Shown: in pieces, positions 46,715 to 56,339 of the stretch
How positions within the stretch are numbered: the first letter of the stretch is position 1
Layout of the letters: each line of letters opens with the position of its first letter
Source: a virus
Taxonomy: Duplodnaviria; Caudoviricetes
Direction: 5' to 3' (one strand)
DNA length: 64,000 bases
IMG/VR virus record: IMGVR_UViG_3300042301_001596
Span: 1,441-65,440 of that record
The notes under the pieces: model-generated
The model's input: only the letters and a program-made list of their open reading frames with translations
Told to the model about the DNA's origin: nothing
The model's database searches: none
Position numbers and translations under genes: made by a program

Positions 46715-47911
46715 TTACGAACTAAAAGCCCAGTTAGCCAATTGCTCTTGAATAGCAGAATTTGGATTTAGACTTGGAGCCGTTCCTTGCGGAGTGGGGG
46801 TTTGGTTAAGGTTAATATTACCACTTTTCTTTAAATGAGCTAACAATCTTTGAGATGCAGCTTCATTCGCTACCTTTTGCAAAATTCTAGGCAAATTTTC
46901 AAGAACATATTTGTCGGCCATTATTTGTCTAACATTTGGCTTTCCTTCCTCGTTAAACCATCTGTTTTCTAAATAAGCTTCGCCATCAAAATCTGATAGT
47001 TCCTGCTTTAATGCTAATCTCTCATCTTCCGCTACGTTAAATGAAATCGGTATTTCAACATCATCGTCTTTAACCGAAACATTAAACCCATTGAAAGATT
47101 GAAATTCAGAATCCAGCGTTCTTTCATAAACAGACCTAGCTTGTTGCAAATATTCAAATTCCTCTTGATATTCCGCTTCTCTACCGGCCTCATTATAAAT
47201 ATCTGGTAGTTTTATTTCACTTTTTAACTTCGCTATTTCCGGCCTAAGCACTTTTGCTTCAATCATCAGACGTTTCTCTGTGTAATCAGCTTGTGCCTGC
47301 CATGTCTTTAACTTATCAGCATAATCCTCATCAGTTTCATCATAACCTTGTTCAGGTTTCAAAGGTACGAAAAATTGATCATAAAATAAAAGATCAACTT
47401 CATCTGCACTTAAATCCTTAAACTTGTTTTGAATATTTGTTTTCACAATTTCAGCAGCAATTTCTGTTGTTAATTCAGAACTAGTTAATTTATCAAGTTT
47501 TTTTTGTTCGTTTAAAATTTGATAAACTTCATCAGTTTTACCTTCTCTAATTGCATCAAACAAAGTTCTACTAACATCATCAGAAAAATCAAAACTAGGA
47601 GCTTGCTCCCTTTCTTCAATTAATCTCATGAACTCTTGCTCTGCTTCATCTACTGTATCAAATCCAAATCTTTCTTTTATAAAAGAATCTGGATTAAAAG
47701 TAGAATAATCGGCCTGTTGTGTTTGTTGTTGATTATCACTAACGATTGAATCCGGAGATGTGTTAGGTGAATTATCAACGATTTGTTGTTCGTTTGCAGT
47801 AGGGGCTACTTCTACTTGCGGTTGCACTTGCGGTACAACATCTTCATCCGAAAACGGATTGTAACCTTCTGCCAGCTTTATTGGAGCTGACATGTCTTGA
47901 TTTTCTAGCAT
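46715..47911 (-). CDS. putative scaffolding protein
   Basis: 398 aa, very acidic, low-complexity N-terminus, upstream of MCP. Confidence 0.7.
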   Translation of the reverse strand: MLENQDMSAPIKLAEGYNPFSDEDVVPQVQPQVEVAPTANEQQIVDNSPNTSPDSIVSDNQQQTQQADYSTFNPDSFIKERFGFDTVDEAEQEFMRLIEEREQAPSFDFSDDVSRTLFDAIREGKTDEVYQILNEQKKLDKLTSSELTTEIAAEIVKTNIQNKFKDLSADEVDLLFYDQFFVPLKPEQGYDETDEDYADKLKTWQAQADYTEKRLMIEAKVLRPEIAKLKSEIKLPDIYNEAGREAEYQEEFEYLQQARSVYERTLDSEFQSFNGFNVSVKDDDVEIPISFNVAEDERLALKQELSDFDGEAYLENRWFNEEGKPNVRQIMADKYVLENLPRILQKVANEAASQRLLAHLKKSGNINLNQTPTPQGTAPSLNPNSAIQEQLANWAFSS

Positions 47912-47935
47912 AAATGCTTATTTTGTTTTTCGTTA

Positions 47936-48199
47936 TTAATCTATAACTATAGAGCCATCTACATCAATTGTAATGGCATACTTAACACCAGTATTTGTTA
48001 GTAATTGAACACCATACCAATCAGAACCATTCCCATAGATTGGCTGTATCAAATCACTTTCAGCATATAGAATATTAGCAACAGTCAAAGTTGCTGTGGT
48101 TGCATAAACTATTCTGGTTCCTTGTAAAACCCCAACATTATAAGCTTCTTGAGCTGTTGGGTATGTATTTTTAGATAAAACGTATGCGTAATTTGCCAT
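47936..48199 (-). CDS. small structural (decoration-like) protein
   Basis: 87 aa, beta-rich; resembles the last domain of the muzzle extension. Confidence 0.55.
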   Translation of the reverse strand: MANYAYVLSKNTYPTAQEAYNVGVLQGTRIVYATTATLTVANILYAESDLIQPIYGNGSDWYGVQLLTNTGVKYAITIDVDGSIVID

Positions 48200-48210
48200 T
48201 TTATTTTATT

Positions 48211-48558
48211 TTAAGCTATTTTTAAATATTTACCAATAATGCCAAATGCCACAATTCCGCTTGCATTAATTGATGAAACGTCTGTTTTAGTAGTTAAGTT
48301 AACACCTAAAACCGTAACCCAGTTAATAGGTACTTCTGGAGCTGGTAATAATTGACCTTCAATTGAACCATCATCATTTGTTGTGGTAAAATTAATTGCG
48401 CCAGAAGGAGTTACTACTTGAACTACAGCTGAGTCCCAACCAGATAAATCTTGGTAAAAACTACTATTAGCATTAAAAGAATCAGTTGCATCTACAACTG
48501 TACTAATTTTAGAACTAAATTTTTGAAGTCTTATTAAGAGCTTGCTTACCGTTGCCAT
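48211..48558 (-). CDS. small structural protein
   Basis: 115 aa, beta-rich, between portal and scaffold. Confidence 0.55.
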   Translation of the reverse strand: MATVSKLLIRLQKFSSKISTVVDATDSFNANSSFYQDLSGWDSAVVQVVTPSGAINFTTTNDDGSIEGQLLPAPEVPINWVTVLGVNLTTKTDVSSINASGIVAFGIIGKYLKIA

Positions 48559-48580
48559 TTTTTTTTATTTTATAGTTTAT

Positions 48581-50977
48581 TTATTGTTGTGTTTCCATTT
48601 GTTGTTCCATTTCAGGTTCCATTTGTTGTTCTTGAGGACCTTGTTCCATTTCTTGCTGTTGCATTTGCTCCATTTCAGCTTGTTGCTGTTGAGCCAAGGC
48701 TTTCTGTTGTTGCTGATTTTGAACAGCAATTGGAACAGTTACATTCTGCAACATATTTGCAACCAAAGTCTGAAGTTCTGCCGGTACAGGTATATTCGCT
48801 TTTGCAAGATCAAAAACACCTTGTAAAATTATCTCCTTTTCCTTAGTTAAAGACTTTTGCTGTTCAAGAGCGCTATCCGCTTGCATCTTAGCTTGAATAC
48901 TAGCTTGTTGAGCTTCTGCATTTTGCTGAGAATTGATTTGAGCTTTTTCTTGCTCAGTTTTTATAAATCTTTTCTGAGCTTGTCTAAAATACAATTCTCC
49001 AAGTTCTACATTTTCCTTAGCCATTCTCATTGCTTTGAATGGATCTAAGTAAATAACTAACTGAGGATTTGATGCAACAGCATTGTTCATCATTGCTTGT
49101 AATGTAGCAACTTGTACATCGTCAGGCATCATCTTAATAGAAGCAACAAAGTTTCTATCTTTTACATCTTCTTGGTTTAATAAATCGCTGTATTTTTTAG
49201 CACCATGCGTAACGCTTTTATTAATTAAGCAAGCAACTTTTTTAGCTGTTTCTTCCATTACATAAATATATGCATCATACATATATTCTGTAGCGTTATT
49301 CGCTAAAACTCTTGAAGCCTCAATATTAGAAGCAGCTACTCTTGGTTGCGCAGCCTGATTCATTAAATTAGGATCTTCACCTAATTCATCTTTTAATACT
49401 TGATAATGGAATTGATATAACTGAATTAAAGCTTGTAATTGAGGTGAAAAACCTGTATTAGCTAATTCTGTAATTGGAACAGGAATACGATTACCTTCAG
49501 CATCTCTACCGCGATAATAAAGCTTACCTGTTTGCTCCCAAATCTTTTGAACATCAATAGGCTTTACAGAATCACCTAAACCTAAGTCAAGTTCCTGTAA
49601 TGCATCAACATCAATTGCCGCACCTGCTGGTACCATTTTAGCTACAAGTTGTTGTATCTTTAATCTAGCTAAAATCATTTGCTCAATAGGCTCTTCAATT
49701 TTTTCTGGTACAGCTACGTTACGCATGTCATAAGGATCATACATATAAAAGCTATAAGAAAACTCTGCGTTACCTATTTCTTTTGGATCTTGTGGACGAA
49801 TCATGTTTTTCTTGACACCCCAATGAATCATTGTTTGAGTAACCGGGCAATAAACACCATGATAAATATTCCACTTTTTCTCTTCTAAATATTCTTGATT
49901 TTCATCTAATTTTTCTGGCTTTCCTTTTTTGATAATAGTGCTACCATTCTTTTTAGTTTTAGTAACAGTATAACCATCAGAATCTAATGTGCGAATTTCA
50001 AAATTCATCAAATCAATATTCCACTCGTCATAAGGTCTTAGCCAAGAAACATTCCAATCTTGCATCCACTTAATCTTATCAGTAAGTTGATACTCTTTTG
50101 AAGATTGTGCTAACAAAAATATATCTTCCTCAGAAAGAGTTCCTCCTGCTGCTTTGCTATATCTCGCTCTTACTTCACTAATCTTCATTGAAAGAATATG
50201 ACCTCTGTATGTCGTATCTCTAAAATCAGGAAAATCAGAATATGAATAGATAGCATTTTCAGGTCTAATCCATTGAACATGAACTTCACCTTCTTCATCC
50301 ATCCAAGTATATGTACAAACTAATCCAACCTCAGCTGAATCATGCAATAACCTTTGTTTCAAAACATCGTTCCATCCATTAGCTTCAAAAACATTATTAC
50401 AACCAATGCTGTATAATATTTCTTCTGGCAAATGATTGAACTCCATTATCCATTGATCTAACTCATCCCTATCTTCTGCAACAAATTTATCTTTAGGGAT
50501 AATTTCAACACCCGATTCTTGCTGTAATTGAGCAAGAGTTTCTTTATTTCTGTATAAAAATTCTGCCTCATCTGCTTGTCTTTGTTTTAACATTGCAGAT
50601 GCGCTATCATTGGCATTAACAGTAATTTTTTCTTTGCGACTCATCCAAGAACCAACTAATCTAGCAACAATAGTATTGCCAATAATAATTGATTTCCAGT
50701 TAATATTTACAAAATTGGCTTTACCATTCATTTCCAATCGGTCCATAAACACACTCATGTCTACTTTACCGTTGGCAATTTGTCTGTTTTTTCTAAATCT
50801 ATTGTTTCTTAACCAAAAATAAGTTTGGTTACCATAAATTGTAGAATAGATATTTTGGGCAACATTTTTACCGTATAAATAATCTTTTTTAGACGCTACA
50901 TCAGTAGTAATTTGGAAGTCTTTAAGCGACTGTCCACTACTATTTGCCGAGGATATGTATAAAGGACTTTCTGCCAA
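48581..50977 (-). CDS. portal protein
   Basis: about 800 aa after TerL; YSYSxxPDF, LxxLKIQQ, QTGxxYYR crAss-like portal motifs; start likely TTG 50977. Confidence 0.85.
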   Translation of the reverse strand: MAESPLYISSANSSGQSLKDFQITTDVASKKDYLYGKNVAQNIYSTIYGNQTYFWLRNNRFRKNRQIANGKVDMSVFMDRLEMNGKANFVNINWKSIIIGNTIVARLVGSWMSRKEKITVNANDSASAMLKQRQADEAEFLYRNKETLAQLQQESGVEIIPKDKFVAEDRDELDQWIMEFNHLPEEILYSIGCNNVFEANGWNDVLKQRLLHDSAEVGLVCTYTWMDEEGEVHVQWIRPENAIYSYSDFPDFRDTTYRGHILSMKISEVRARYSKAAGGTLSEEDIFLLAQSSKEYQLTDKIKWMQDWNVSWLRPYDEWNIDLMNFEIRTLDSDGYTVTKTKKNGSTIIKKGKPEKLDENQEYLEEKKWNIYHGVYCPVTQTMIHWGVKKNMIRPQDPKEIGNAEFSYSFYMYDPYDMRNVAVPEKIEEPIEQMILARLKIQQLVAKMVPAGAAIDVDALQELDLGLGDSVKPIDVQKIWEQTGKLYYRGRDAEGNRIPVPITELANTGFSPQLQALIQLYQFHYQVLKDELGEDPNLMNQAAQPRVAASNIEASRVLANNATEYMYDAYIYVMEETAKKVACLINKSVTHGAKKYSDLLNQEDVKDRNFVASIKMMPDDVQVATLQAMMNNAVASNPQLVIYLDPFKAMRMAKENVELGELYFRQAQKRFIKTEQEKAQINSQQNAEAQQASIQAKMQADSALEQQKSLTKEKEIILQGVFDLAKANIPVPAELQTLVANMLQNVTVPIAVQNQQQQKALAQQQQAEMEQMQQQEMEQGPQEQQMEPEMEQQMETQQ

Positions 50978-51033
50978 TTTGAATATATTTTGTGTCAAAT
51001 ATACTAAATCTCCAGAATTTAATAAAATTTTAA

Positions 51034-53082
51034 TTAATTAAAAGAAGGAACATAGCTTTTTACCAAAGGTTCTCTTTTCGCAGGCTTGATGACAGGTTCC
51101 ATTAAACAAACGATAAGCATTAAAAAAGAAACAGTAATATCGTAGTCAGTTCTGTTATTTGGATCAAACTTCTTGGCATCCTCTAATAAGTTCTCAAAAT
51201 CTATAGAATCAATATGTGATTCAAAATACATGATTCCTACATCAGCTTGTTTTGTAAGGCTAAAAGGGGTAGTAGGGAAACCTTTATACCTCTCAGCTGT
51301 TTCTCTTTTTGCCGGATCTATTGTAGAAATCGGATAAGAACCCAAATATCCAACTCTTCCCCTATCCCTAAAGTATGAAAGATAATCATCACTGTTATGC
51401 TCATACCAAGCCTGATAACCATAGTATTCTGCTGCTAAAAGAACTTGTTCATGTAGTGTTTCTTTAATATTAGGCCTTCCATACAGATGACCAATCGCCT
51501 TACCAGTACTTGAAGGATCTAATAAATTATACCTTCTACCAATCCAAGCGGATGCCTTAGAACCATATTTACCTCCCTGACTATTACTATATCCATCAAT
51601 TGCAATTGCACCATCATCAGTCCTTCCGGGCTTCTTTGTTCTAATATCAAACACATGACTGTTCTCTTTTCCAACAGGTGGAAATTGAGTAATAACCCAA
51701 TGAAAATCTTCCTCTTTATCGTTTATGTTCCTCCATTTTACCGTTTGGTCAATATCTCTATAAAATATAACATGCCTTTTCAATACCGGATTTTCTTTTA
51801 AATAAGACTCTCTAGCACTTATATTCATTACATTAAAAATACAACCATCAGCATCTGTACTAAATGCCTCATCAATCGTTAATGGCTCTTTTCTAATACG
51901 AGCTGATAATGCTCTTGGGTTGTTTTTAACCGTTTCTCTATCTGCTTCAATTTGCAAAAAAGTCTTTTCTTCATCAGGAAAGCCAAAATCATCAAAGTTT
52001 CTTGTTCTTTTTGCGGACATAAAAAATCTATACAACCCACTAGATGTAGTACCATTATCTTGTCTTTTCTCCTGATTGCTCTCTTCCCAAAGTAACTTAA
52101 AAGCCTCTTGAACACCATCTTTTTCAGATGTAAGTTTCTCTACAGTAGTTGTATATAAAGCTTTACCAATAACCTTACCTTCATCATCCAGTAAACAATA
52201 ACGCACAACCTCATGTCTGTCATAAACGTTCACTTCTGTTGTTTTACCGCACTCATCCGCCACATACCTATGCAACTTCTGTCCATCATAAGCTACTGTA
52301 TCGGCAGATTGGTGGTCAATAATAGAACCAAGCTCGTCTTTATCTACATTTTCCTCAGCCTTCTTACCTCTTACGTTTGTTTTTTGGAAACGCATTTCTG
52401 ACTTTGGATTAACACCCAAAGACATATCATATTCAGGTCTAAAAAACTTAGGAAGCCTTCTAAATGGATTTACAACCGTTTTTGCAAAGAATTTCTTAGC
52501 ATCAGAACCTGTTTTAGATTGAATACCTCCATTGGTCATCTTAGTTCTGGTAGTGTATTCTGTAACAAACAATCCTGCCACAAAAGACTTACCAAAACGT
52601 CTTTTTGTAACCTCCAGCATTCCCATACAAAGCGGATCCTGTATGCAATAGTCCATAAAATAGAACTTCTCTAAATCTGGGATCCTAAATTTAGGATAAC
52701 CAATATCTATACTCCACCATTGCAAATACAAGTAATGCATACCTGTTAAAAAGGTAGGCTTGCCATTATTCATGTACCAAAAACCATTCAATCTCCTATC
52801 CCACTCCTGTTTCTTAAACTCCTCTAATTTTTCATCATAAAACTCAGGAGCCTCATCTTTTTTCTTTTTATCATACTCATCCCATTCTTTCATGGTATCA
52901 GCATACCAGCTTGGTAACGGTATTCTTTTCCAATATTGCTCATCTTGAATATCCGACCTTTGGTAAATGCCCCTATGCTCAACTTGTTTAGTCAATATAT
53001 TAAATACATAACCTTCTGGAGGAAGATTACAATCTAATCCCTGAATGTGAATCGTGGAACCTTTTTCAATTTTTTCGTACAT
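51034..53082 (-). CDS. terL: terminase large subunit
   Basis: KRRFGKS (Walker A), YVADECGK (Walker B), AIDGYS nuclease motif, YDITVS. Confidence 0.92.
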   Translation of the reverse strand: MYEKIEKGSTIHIQGLDCNLPPEGYVFNILTKQVEHRGIYQRSDIQDEQYWKRIPLPSWYADTMKEWDEYDKKKKDEAPEFYDEKLEEFKKQEWDRRLNGFWYMNNGKPTFLTGMHYLYLQWWSIDIGYPKFRIPDLEKFYFMDYCIQDPLCMGMLEVTKRRFGKSFVAGLFVTEYTTRTKMTNGGIQSKTGSDAKKFFAKTVVNPFRRLPKFFRPEYDMSLGVNPKSEMRFQKTNVRGKKAEENVDKDELGSIIDHQSADTVAYDGQKLHRYVADECGKTTEVNVYDRHEVVRYCLLDDEGKVIGKALYTTTVEKLTSEKDGVQEAFKLLWEESNQEKRQDNGTTSSGLYRFFMSAKRTRNFDDFGFPDEEKTFLQIEADRETVKNNPRALSARIRKEPLTIDEAFSTDADGCIFNVMNISARESYLKENPVLKRHVIFYRDIDQTVKWRNINDKEEDFHWVITQFPPVGKENSHVFDIRTKKPGRTDDGAIAIDGYSNSQGGKYGSKASAWIGRRYNLLDPSSTGKAIGHLYGRPNIKETLHEQVLLAAEYYGYQAWYEHNSDDYLSYFRDRGRVGYLGSYPISTIDPAKRETAERYKGFPTTPFSLTKQADVGIMYFESHIDSIDFENLLEDAKKFDPNNRTDYDITVSFLMLIVCLMEPVIKPAKREPLVKSYVPSFN

Positions 53083-53083
53083 A

Positions 53084-53470
53084 CTATGAGCGTTTGCCTG
53101 CTAATTCACCTATCTCATCAGCAACACTTTCTGGTGAGAAAGGTCTTTTATTTATTACAACTGCTTCTTTTTTACTTTCTTTCCCTTCTTGGTTTATGCC
53201 AGCGGATATTTCTAATGCCCTAATAGACTCAGTAATAGTACCTGCTTCAGACCAAAGCTTCTGTAATCTTTCAAATGACTTGTCTTTTGGATCAATCAAC
53301 TCAATATCCAATAAGTTAATCCTATTTAACAACTCGGCCATTTCATTTGCCTTTCTTTGCAAGCTATAATAAAGCTTAATTGCTCCATCCTGCTCATAAT
53401 AAGCAAGTTTGCTTGTCAAATAAGCATTTGACTTCTCTAACTCTTTTACTTTTTGTTCTAATTCAGACAT
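53084..53470 (-). CDS. putative terminase small subunit
   Basis: 128 aa, helical, directly upstream of terL. Confidence 0.5.
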   Translation of the reverse strand: MSELEQKVKELEKSNAYLTSKLAYYEQDGAIKLYYSLQRKANEMAELLNRINLLDIELIDPKDKSFERLQKLWSEAGTITESIRALEISAGINQEGKESKKEAVVINKRPFSPESVADEIGELAGKRS

Positions 53471-54156
53471 ACTACATTTGGTGTTGATATTGTTACCAAT
53501 TTTGATGCATCGGAAATTCCATACCCAATTAAAACCTCATTATTAATTACCCTTGATGTTAAATCATGGTCAATAGCAATCACTTCATTCCTTTCATGGC
53601 CTTCTGGATAATATCTTAATCTAATTATTTTACCTTCAGTGCCATCATCGTTCTGATAAATAATTTCATAATCACTTGATATCAAAGTAGTTACAACCTT
53701 ACCAGTCAAATCTCCACTTGTAACGTAAATTTTATTTTTAATCAAAGTAGAAGGTATGCCTTCTAAAAATCCAGTATATGGCTCAAATATTCTTAAACCT
53801 GTAACAAAATTATTAAGTGGCTGCCATGGTTTATCTTGGCCATCTCTCCATAAGAAACATTCTTCAATAGGTATTGAGAAATATTGAATATCAGAAGAAG
53901 CTTCTGCTGTTGGTCTTAGGTAATTAAAAAGTTTGTATGTATCATGTGTAGCATTATGGTGTATCAATATTTCAGCACCTTCTGGGATGTCTTTAGCTGC
54001 TACAACTGTTGCATTTACTGGTTTTACATAACGCATATTAAAGTTATCATAAACCCTTTCCAACTTGATTTTAGTGCCATCTTTAAAAGTATGGCTGTTT
54101 TTACTTTCTAAATCTACTTTAATAATAACTCTATTTGACGGAGCAATTAATTTCAT
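53458..54156 (-). CDS. GroES-like domain protein
   Basis: APSNRVIIKV...ATVVA...IPEGAEILIHHN, crAss-like GroES-related pattern, probably two domains. Confidence 0.6.
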   Translation of the reverse strand: MKLIAPSNRVIIKVDLESKNSHTFKDGTKIKLERVYDNFNMRYVKPVNATVVAAKDIPEGAEILIHHNATHDTYKLFNYLRPTAEASSDIQYFSIPIEECFLWRDGQDKPWQPLNNFVTGLRIFEPYTGFLEGIPSTLIKNKIYVTSGDLTGKVVTTLISSDYEIIYQNDDGTEGKIIRLRYYPEGHERNEVIAIDHDLTSRVINNEVLIGYGISDASKLVTISTPNVVCLN

Positions 54157-54157
54157 A

Positions 54158-54250
54158 TTTAATTAATTTAATACAAATGTAGAACTAATTTAATTAATTT
54201 AATACTTTTTTTTAAAATAAAAATTAGTAAATTTTAAGTATATTTGTTAA
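54158..54250. promoter_or_regulatory. divergent promoters
   Basis: TACATTTG on - (54174-54181), TATATTTG on + (54239-54246), AT boxes at 54158 and 54187. Confidence 0.65.
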
Positions 54251-54280
54251 AACAATTTATAAACAATAAAATAAAAAAAA

Positions 54281-54637
54281 ATGGCAAATCATGTATCGGT
54301 TTATGTTTATCGTAGAAATCAATACGATTTAACGAACCCAAATGGAACACCTGCAACAAATGGTGTATTATTCACTTTACCAACTGCTAACTTACAGGTT
54401 CAACCTTCTACAGTTGTGGCAAATGGTGTACAAATGAACTCATTAATTCTTATGTACCCAAGTGGCCTTAATCAACCAGCTGAAAAATTATACAGTAACG
54501 CAACTGTTGCTGGTTTAATTGCAGCTATTAATGGAAATGGTATTCAAACTACAACAACAACAACAACAGTAGCACCGACCACCACCACTACCACTACAGC
54601 GGCTCCTACAACCACTACTACAACAACAGCACCTTAA
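54281..54637 (+). CDS. putative virion decoration protein with poly-Thr tail
   Basis: 118 aa; ends TTTTTTTVAPTTTTTTTAAPTTTTTTTAP. Confidence 0.7.
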   Translation: MANHVSVYVYRRNQYDLTNPNGTPATNGVLFTLPTANLQVQPSTVVANGVQMNSLILMYPSGLNQPAEKLYSNATVAGLIAAINGNGIQTTTTTTTVAPTTTTTTTAAPTTTTTTTAP

Positions 54638-54672
54638 CAAAAAAATTAAAAAACAAATAAAAACATTATAAA

Positions 54673-54936
54673 ATGGCACAAATAGTATCAATTACAGCAT
54701 ATCAAAGAAATCAATATGCTTTATTAAACCCTAACGGAACTCCAGCAACATCTGGTATTGCTTACGGATTCCCAGTTGAAGGATTTGTAGCTTACCCAGC
54801 TCCTTCTGGATTTGTAGCAAACGGAGTAACTATGAACTCAATAGTTGAAGTAGCTCCAACAGGCTTAAATCAAGTACCTGTTTACTTCTACACAAATGCC
54901 ACTGTAGCGCAAATTAATGCAGCTGCAAACGCTTAA
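54673..54936 (+). CDS. paralog of 54281..54637 without the Thr tail
   Basis: shares RNQYxLxNPNGTPAT, VANGVxMNS, PxGLNQ and YxNATVA. Confidence 0.75.
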   Translation: MAQIVSITAYQRNQYALLNPNGTPATSGIAYGFPVEGFVAYPAPSGFVANGVTMNSIVEVAPTGLNQVPVYFYTNATVAQINAAANA

Positions 54937-54943
54937 ATAAATT

Positions 54944-54970
54944 AGGCCCCTATTTTTTAGGGGCTTTTTT
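54944..54970 (+). terminator. rho-independent terminator
   Basis: GCCCCTA-TTTTT-TAGGGGC followed by a T-run. Confidence 0.8.
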
Positions 54971-55093
54971 ATTTTCTTTATATACTGTTTTTAGATTTTT
55001 GTAGATTCTTTCTGCATCATCAATAGTCTTGCCTGAACCGGCAGCTAGGGCAACAGATAATCTTCTTAATTTTTTGGCGGCTTTGTTATTCAT
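54950..55093 (-). CDS. small basic protein, not in ORF track
   Basis: manual translation MNNKAAKKLRRL..., 47 aa, ATGA-coupled to the methylase. Confidence 0.45.
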   Translation of the reverse strand: MNNKAAKKLRRLSVALAAGSGKTIDDAERIYKNLKTVYKENKKAPKK

Positions 55094-55704
55094 ATACAAC
55101 TTTTTAAAATTTCTTCACATAATTGATTCGGTATTTTGCTTCTTTCAAAAGCATTTGCAAGTCCTTGTGTTCCTGTCCTTGAACCTCTTGGCGCACTAAC
55201 ATGACAAGTATCTCCGTTTTTACAAGCAGGTCTTGGAATCCAAGTTTGGCTATTTGTCCAAATATCAGTTGGCTTCATTCTGCTATCTCCATATTGACAA
55301 TATGTTACACTATGACGCTTAAAACGTTGCATAATTTGCAACTTTCTGAGCATGCCTCTTGGGTTTTCAATAAAAAAATATTTTGGATTAAAATAATCAA
55401 TTATCTCAATTGTTTTTTTTACTAATTCTATTCCTAATCTTGCTGTGTCTGATTTTGGTATTGCATCTCCATCTGTTTTTGTCCAGTTTCTGCCTATTGC
55501 TGCAACACTAAAACCTGTGCATGGTGGACTAGCCCATATAATATCTGGCTTAAATGGAACTTTATTTACATCAAATTCTAAAATATCAACAACATAATCA
55601 ATACCACCAAATTGTTCAATATCACTTGAGTAAACATTCATTCTTAATTGTTCAGCTACATTACCAATAGATTTACTACCAGCAAATAATTCCAATATAT
55701 ACAT
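55090..55704 (-). CDS. DNA cytosine-5 methyltransferase (short type)
   Basis: LELFAG (motif I), WASPPC (IV), FIENP (VI). Confidence 0.85.
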   Translation of the reverse strand: MYILELFAGSKSIGNVAEQLRMNVYSSDIEQFGGIDYVVDILEFDVNKVPFKPDIIWASPPCTGFSVAAIGRNWTKTDGDAIPKSDTARLGIELVKKTIEIIDYFNPKYFFIENPRGMLRKLQIMQRFKRHSVTYCQYGDSRMKPTDIWTNSQTWIPRPACKNGDTCHVSAPRGSRTGTQGLANAFERSKIPNQLCEEILKSCI

Positions 55705-55713
55705 AATTAATTT

Positions 55714-55836
55714 TTATCTCCCTTGACCTCTATATTCTTTAGGTTTAGGAGTGTGTTTGTTATAAGATTTTTTTGCACTTCCTGTCTTTCTTTTACCGAA
55801 TGAAATTTTTCTGGAATCAGATTTAACTTTGGCCAT
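55714..55836 (-). CDS. small basic protein ending YRGQGR, not in ORF track
   Basis: manual translation, 40 aa, K/R-rich. Confidence 0.5.
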   Translation of the reverse strand: MAKVKSDSRKISFGKRKTGSAKKSYNKHTPKPKEYRGQGR

Positions 55837-56110
55837 TTTGATGTTTTTTTAGGATTAATTGGTACGAATATAAACCATTTCCTTCATATCTTTTATTCAA
55901 GGTATGTCCACCAAACCTTTCTTTTCTAAAATCCCTTAATCCAGCAGATACTGATGCTTCGGGGACATCTATAAATTTAGATATTTCTCCAAGCGTCCTG
56001 TATACACTATCCTTCATAAGCTCTTTTAGTTTAAAATGGTTGTTAGCTAACCTTTGATAATCCCTTTCTTTAACATAATCAGCGCCATCAAATTGTAATT
56101 CTTGTTGCAT
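55823..56110 (-). CDS. winged-HTH DNA-binding protein
   Basis: RTLGEIS...PEASVSAxLRDFRK...GLYxYxL. Confidence 0.65.
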   Translation of the reverse strand: MQQELQFDGADYVKERDYQRLANNHFKLKELMKDSVYRTLGEISKFIDVPEASVSAGLRDFRKERFGGHTLNKRYEGNGLYSYQLILKKHQNGQS

Positions 56111-56114
56111 AGTA

Positions 56115-56339
56115 TTACTTTTTATTTTTAAAATAATCTAAGTCAATATTTCCTCCGTCCATTCTATTTGGGTAGACGATAATGTCGGTGTCGTAAAAAT
56201 TACGCACAATACCACTGTCGTGTAATATAACTTTCCAAACAGTGTTGACTTCGCTTCCGTAATCAATCCATGCGATAGCTTTTCCTTTTCCGAGTGGGGT
56301 GTGGACATCTATAATATTTTTTAATTCATGTATGTACAT
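56115..56339 (-). CDS. hypothetical phage protein
   Basis: 74 aa, VxTPLGxG...IDYG motif. Confidence 0.6.
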   Translation of the reverse strand: MYIHELKNIIDVHTPLGKGKAIAWIDYGSEVNTVWKVILHDSGIVRNFYDTDIIVYPNRMDGGNIDLDYFKNKK

